Virus record (IMG/VR): IMGVR_UViG_3300033489_000001
Location: 190,023-254,022 of that record
Source: a virus
Lineage: Duplodnaviria; Heunggongvirae; Uroviricota; Caudoviricetes
Direction: 5' to 3' (one strand)
DNA length: 64,000 nucleotides
The translations under genes and the position numbers were made by a program. The notes beneath the pieces were generated by a model. That model did not search any database. It saw only the letters and a list, made by a program, of their open reading frames with translations, and was not told where the DNA came from. The number at the start of each line of letters is the position of its first letter. Position 1 is the stretch's first letter. Below, piece after piece: positions 60,226-64,000 of the stretch.

Positions 60226-60229
60226 TTAG

Positions 60230-60301
60230 GCACCTGTCGTCTAAAAGGCAGGACCCCGGACCCTCAATCCGACAATACGAGTTCGATTCTCGTCAGGTGC
60301 G
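60230..60301 (+). tRNA. tRNA-Glu(CTC), C33
   Basis: CGGA-CCCTCAA-TCCG. Confidence 0.9.
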
Positions 60302-60306
60302 CTGAT

Positions 60307-60377
60307 TCGGGAGTAGCACAATGGCAGTGCGGTAGACTCTGGATCTATTAATGTTGGTTCGATTCCAGCCTCCCGAG
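60307..60377 (+). tRNA. tRNA-Gln(CTG)
   Basis: Loop CTCTGGA. Confidence 0.92.
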
Positions 60378-60384
60378 CCGGTTT

Positions 60385-60456
60385 GTCTCTGTAGATCAAC
60401 GGATAGATCTTCGGTCTACGGAACCGACAATATAGGTTCGAATCCTATCAGAGACG
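60385..60456 (+). tRNA. tRNA-Arg(ACG)
   Basis: Loop CTACGGA. Confidence 0.92.
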
Positions 60457-60468
60457 CTGAGAGTCTTT

Positions 60469-60541
60469 GCCCGTGAAGCTCAAATGGATGAGCCCTTGCT
60501 TCCGAAGCAAGAGGATGGAAGTTCGAATCTTCTCACGGGTG
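60469..60541 (+). tRNA. tRNA-Arg(CCG)
   Basis: Loop TTCCGAA. Confidence 0.92.
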
Positions 60542-60553
60542 CTTGAAAACTAT

Positions 60554-60627
60554 TCGGGCGTCGTTCAAAGGTAGGACACCGGTCTTTGACTCCGTTAATG
60601 TTGGTTCAATTCCAGCCGCCCGAGCCA
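60554..60627 (+). tRNA. tRNA-Gln(TTG)
   Basis: Loop CTTTGAC; weak anticodon stem; CCA. Confidence 0.87.
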
Positions 60628-60757
60628 GTAGACCTGTTTACAAGAAAGACAGGTCTGTTACAACTAGATTCGTCTCTCTCAATAGAAAAGGAAGCCCCAC
60701 CATTTCTACCTCTTCCACTACTGAATCTTTTTATAATTATTCTAGGGTATACCCTAA

Positions 60758-62197
60758 ATGAAAGCTAGGATCAGTTATGTGGCTTTAGAAACTAACTCTG
60801 GAAAGATCCAGAAGTTAGAAGAACTTTATACTATTTATAGGTCCTATGTTCAAACTTGTATTGACAAGATGATTTCGGATAAGAGCCCTAAAGTTCTCCC
60901 TTCAAACCGTAGAACCTATTTTCCAACTTCTGATATTTTAAGCTCTCAAATTTTAAAAAATGCCCAAATGCATAGTGTCCAAGTTGTAGAAACTTGGATC
61001 AAACAACGTTACGCTCACAAACTTAGGAAGTACTTAAATACTCAAGATCTAACTAGCCATCAAAAACTAGAACTTCGTTGCATAGGAAAATATCAACTCA
61101 AAAAGCCGGGTAAGTTCGGTAAAGGAATCATCTCACAAGAGATGATTGACCTTTATTGGGGTTGGGTTTGGAATCCTGAGATAGCTGGGAAAACCCCTCA
61201 AATCTCTGAATCTTTTCCGATGTGGATGTCAGAGATGACTTGTGTTTTTGGATCTTCCGAAGATTCAAGTCACTTTGGTTGGTGGCTCAGATTCTCTTCT
61301 TTGCAAAACGGAGTTAGGATTCAGATTCCTTTAGCTTATAACCCCTATCTCAAAAAGGTTGAAGGTTTAGCAAAATCTGTTTTAGTTAGGAAGCGTGAAG
61401 GCCGTTGGACTTTTCAATTTTGTGAGAAAGATCTTGAGGAAGAAAACGAAGAGGAAAAAAAGCCCAAAGAATTTGATGGCTCTCAAGGCAAAATAGGGAT
61501 TGATGTTGGATTAAACGTTATAGCTGCTACTTCTGATGGAAGGCTTTATGGGGAAGCTTTCAAATCAGAGTTTGACTATCTTTACGCCAAGGTTAGAAAC
61601 CTAAGATCCAACCGATTTAGGCAAGGACTCAAGAGTGATTCAAGAAGACTTGCTAGATTGGAAGTAAAGCTCTCGGGTCAAATTAAAACTATTACAGGAA
61701 CTATCTCTAACCAACTTGTCAAGGCTTACCTTAATTATACCTTCGTTATTGAGGACTTAGACTTAAGAGGTTGTAGGGGACAAAAGCGCTTCGCATATAG
61801 AGCGCTTCATTCTTCCTTAAGCCATAAGGCTAAGATTGAAGAAGTAAACCCCGCTTATACTTCTCAACCGTGTCCCTCTTGCGGTCATATTTCCAGGTCT
61901 AACAGATCTGGGGTAAAGTTTATCTGTCAGAACTGTGGCAGAAGATCTCATGCTGATGTGATTGGAGCGATCAATTTGCTCGGACGTTCCGGGGACAAAC
62001 AAATTGATCGTTGTGAAGATCCATCGGAAGTAAGAGCCCTTCTAAGAGAGCGAAGCCTACTTCGTAGGATCAGTTCCTTGGATCGGCTTAAAACAAAAGA
62101 GCTGAAACCGAACAGCCAGAGGCTTACTACCAAGGGATCTGAGAATTCAGACGTTGGCACAGCCTCAAATCAGGTAGAAGCTCATGTGCAAGTTTGA
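60758..62197 (+). mobile_element. tnpB: Second solo TnpB-like RNA-guided nuclease (479 aa, divergent N-terminus)
   Basis: IGIDVG, VIEDL, VNPAYTSQPCPSCG, CQNCG..HADVIGAINL; no tnpA and no adjacent CRISPR repeats. Confidence 0.88.
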
Positions 62198-62420
62198 GCA
62201 ACTTCCTGAATATGGTACTGGGTCATTCACGCTGAGCAATGCGAATGCCTCAACGAGCACATATGCGTCCGGCCAATGCGGTGAGGGCTGCCTTGTCGGG
62301 CCGCCTCCATCGATATATCCAGCTCCATTGCATACAGCATTTTTACATTTTGGGGCATAATTGATCCTTATAGGTTTTTAGAATCCTTGGTCTTGACTCT
62401 TGATTTTTTAATAAGTGGGA

Positions 62421-62696
62421 CTAGTTAGATTGCCAGGCTTCGTGTATGATCCTAAGGATACTTCCTGCCTCTAGCTTAGAGTACCAAAAGTACCCATACG
62501 AATCCTGCATGGTAAAGCTATATGTGGTGCAAACCTTTGTGGCTACTCGACTTTTCCAATTATTAGGGACAAGGTCAGGTTCCCCCAACATCACTTTTAG
62601 GCTGCACGGCTCATGGGGCATAAGCTCTAGTGCAATGCGATAGACGGGTAGCTTGCCCGTTCGGTCTTTGTGTACTTCTAGCTGGTCTTGGCTCAT
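62421..62696 (-). CDS. Hypothetical protein
   Basis: Preceded by the recurrent promoter at 62712-62740. Confidence 0.6.
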   Translation of the reverse strand: MSQDQLEVHKDRTGKLPVYRIALELMPHEPCSLKVMLGEPDLVPNNWKSRVATKVCTTYSFTMQDSYGYFWYSKLEAGSILRIIHEAWQSN

Positions 62697-62785
62697 GGGA
62701 TCCTCCTCTTATTACTACACCGGAGCCCCATAAAATTCAAGTTTTTCTTTCTAAATTAAATCTTTTTCTCAACGGAGGTTAGCCT

Positions 62786-62965
62786 CTAGTACCCCTCTTT
62801 GTTGGCCCAATTGTCCCCCTTTAGGATGAAACTGTTAGAAGAGATCAGCCTTTGAGTCTTGACAGATTTGCACTCAGGGCAATTTTCTTCCGGGGTTTCC
62901 GAGATCTTTTTTTCAACTTCCCAGGTCTTTCCACAATCAGCGCATTTGTACTCATAAGTGGGCAT
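62786..62965 (-). CDS. FmdB-family zinc-ribbon protein
   Basis: MPTYEYKCADCG...CPECKS..RLIS...F.LKG. Confidence 0.88.
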   Translation of the reverse strand: MPTYEYKCADCGKTWEVEKKISETPEENCPECKSVKTQRLISSNSFILKGDNWANKEGY

Positions 62966-63030
62966 TCCTAATTTACTCCTCTGCATTTTAATACACCTGA
63001 GAAAAGTTCCTTTTGTGTCTTGTGTAAGGC

Positions 63031-64000
63031 ATGGGCATCAAGAAAAACCTGATTGGGGTCGCTATGGGCCAAGGGCAGATCTCCCTGGACTTAGCAGAAC
63101 AAGCCGCTCCATCAACGCTTACCAATAAGATTCGGCTGTATTCCAAAGACGTGAGTGGGGTTGCCGAGTTCTTTGTTCGTGATGATCACGGGCATGAAGT
63201 TCAGATCACACGTAATGGTTCTGCTGGAGGAGCAAGTCTTACTGACGCCAATATCTGGACTCAAAAACAAAGTATGCCGCTACTGAGGATAACTCCACAA
63301 GCATCGGCACCGTCTGGAGTATTAGGAGATTTATACATACGGGACCCTTACGGTTTATTATATTTTCATGACGGCCTTGCTTGGAACCTCGTGGCTCCTC
63401 TCTCGAAATGGTTTGAGGTTCCAGCCTATACTGGAGGTCCTACTTGCGACACGGTAGCTGTTAGTGGGGATGGTACTACATGGGCCGTCTGTCAGTCTAT
63501 GGCTTACGGTTATGTGATGCTAACAACAAACAGGGGAGAGACATGGGCACCTATAACGGCTTTAGGCGAGAGTAACTGGGCCGCTTTTGCTATTGGTTAT
63601 GACAATCTAACTATGCTTGCCAGTGATAATACTGGCGTAATGCAAATGAGTCTTGATGGAGGAGCAACTTGGAATCCAGTTACTCCTGGAGGTAAAAGCT
63701 CAGCTGGTTGGTCAGGGGTGGCTATAGGTTCTGACAATCAAACAATGCTGGCTTGTTATCACAATAGTGGGATTGACGGTAAAATTTACATGACAACTAA
63801 CCGTTGGTCCACTTTTACTGAACTCACACCATTAGGTGCCACTGATGCACTTTGGAGAGGCGTAGCCATTGGACAAGATAATCTTACAATTTTAGCAGCC
63901 GTTTCAAACGGACGTGTTTGGAGATCAACTGATGGAGGGGCTACTACTTGGGATGATATATCGCCTACAGGAAGTAATGGCTATTGGACTCAACCTGGAA
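63031..64000 (+). CDS. Virion/tail-fibre-like protein with BNR/Asp-box repeats (runs off the window)
   Basis: Open frame from ATG 63031; TTNRGETW, SLDGGATW, STDGGATTW repeats. Confidence 0.75.
   Translation, partial: MGIKKNLIGVAMGQGQISLDLAEQAAPSTLTNKIRLYSKDVSGVAEFFVRDDHGHEVQITRNGSAGGASLTDANIWTQKQSMPLLRITPQASAPSGVLGDLYIRDPYGLLYFHDGLAWNLVAPLSKWFEVPAYTGGPTCDTVAVSGDGTTWAVCQSMAYGYVMLTTNRGETWAPITALGESNWAAFAIGYDNLTMLASDNTGVMQMSLDGGATWNPVTPGGKSSAGWSGVAIGSDNQTMLACYHNSGIDGKIYMTTNRWSTFTELTPLGATDALWRGVAIGQDNLTILAAVSNGRVWRSTDGGATTWDDISPTGSNGYWTQPG

Noticed and set aside
27532-60761. ORF-track entries overlapping tRNA or tmRNA genes (e.g. 27532-27852, 28076-28396, 41645-42411, 57262-58231, 59956-60204, 60543-60768)
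   Set aside because: Shadow frames of GC-rich structural RNAs.
60758-62197. Calling the second TnpB a Cas12f/type V effector
   Set aside because: No CRISPR repeats or cas genes beside it.
1-64000. Stop-codon recoding, as in some large phages
   Set aside because: Recognisable genes are full-length in the standard code and end in TAA, TAG or TGA. No CTA, TCA or TTA anticodon tRNA was found; the TAG and TAA anticodons here are ordinary Leu tRNAs.

Overview
This window looks like part of a large (jumbo-type) bacteriophage genome: dense short ORFs, homing endonucleases, a tail-fibre-like ORF at the right edge, and no host housekeeping operons. The host cannot be determined from the sequence. (1) 1-11.8 kb, minus strand: a CRISPR array of about 51 repeats with highly variable but structure-conserving repeats. 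It lies downstream of a type I-C Cascade operon (cas5c, cas8c, cas7c). No cas3 HD nuclease and no cas1/2/4/6 are present in the window. Instead the operon continues into a non-Cas3 SF2 helicase, a SAM-methyltransferase-fold protein and a winged-HTH protein, and it is headed by a tandem Myb-like protein. (2) 14-26 kb: SpoU methyltransferase, a TerY-P-like triad (vWA, PP2C, kinase), nicotinamidase, NrtR with its operator, and a TnpB. (3) 25-61 kb: 38 tRNA genes covering all 20 amino acids, a tmRNA, and an RNA end-healing/ligation toolkit (Pnk-like kinase, metallophosphoesterase, 2H phosphoesterase, RtcB, Rnl2-type ligase, RlaP-like nucleotidyltransferase, cREC receiver). The strongest new observation is that each of the four main tRNA clusters is preceded by a promoter and a short unannotated leader ORF whose codons match the tRNAs downstream. 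In at least two clusters there are competing helices that can sequester the first tRNA. This suggests ribosome-sensing (attenuator-like) control of phage tRNA supply. All protein calls are by-eye motif recognition; no database searches were run.
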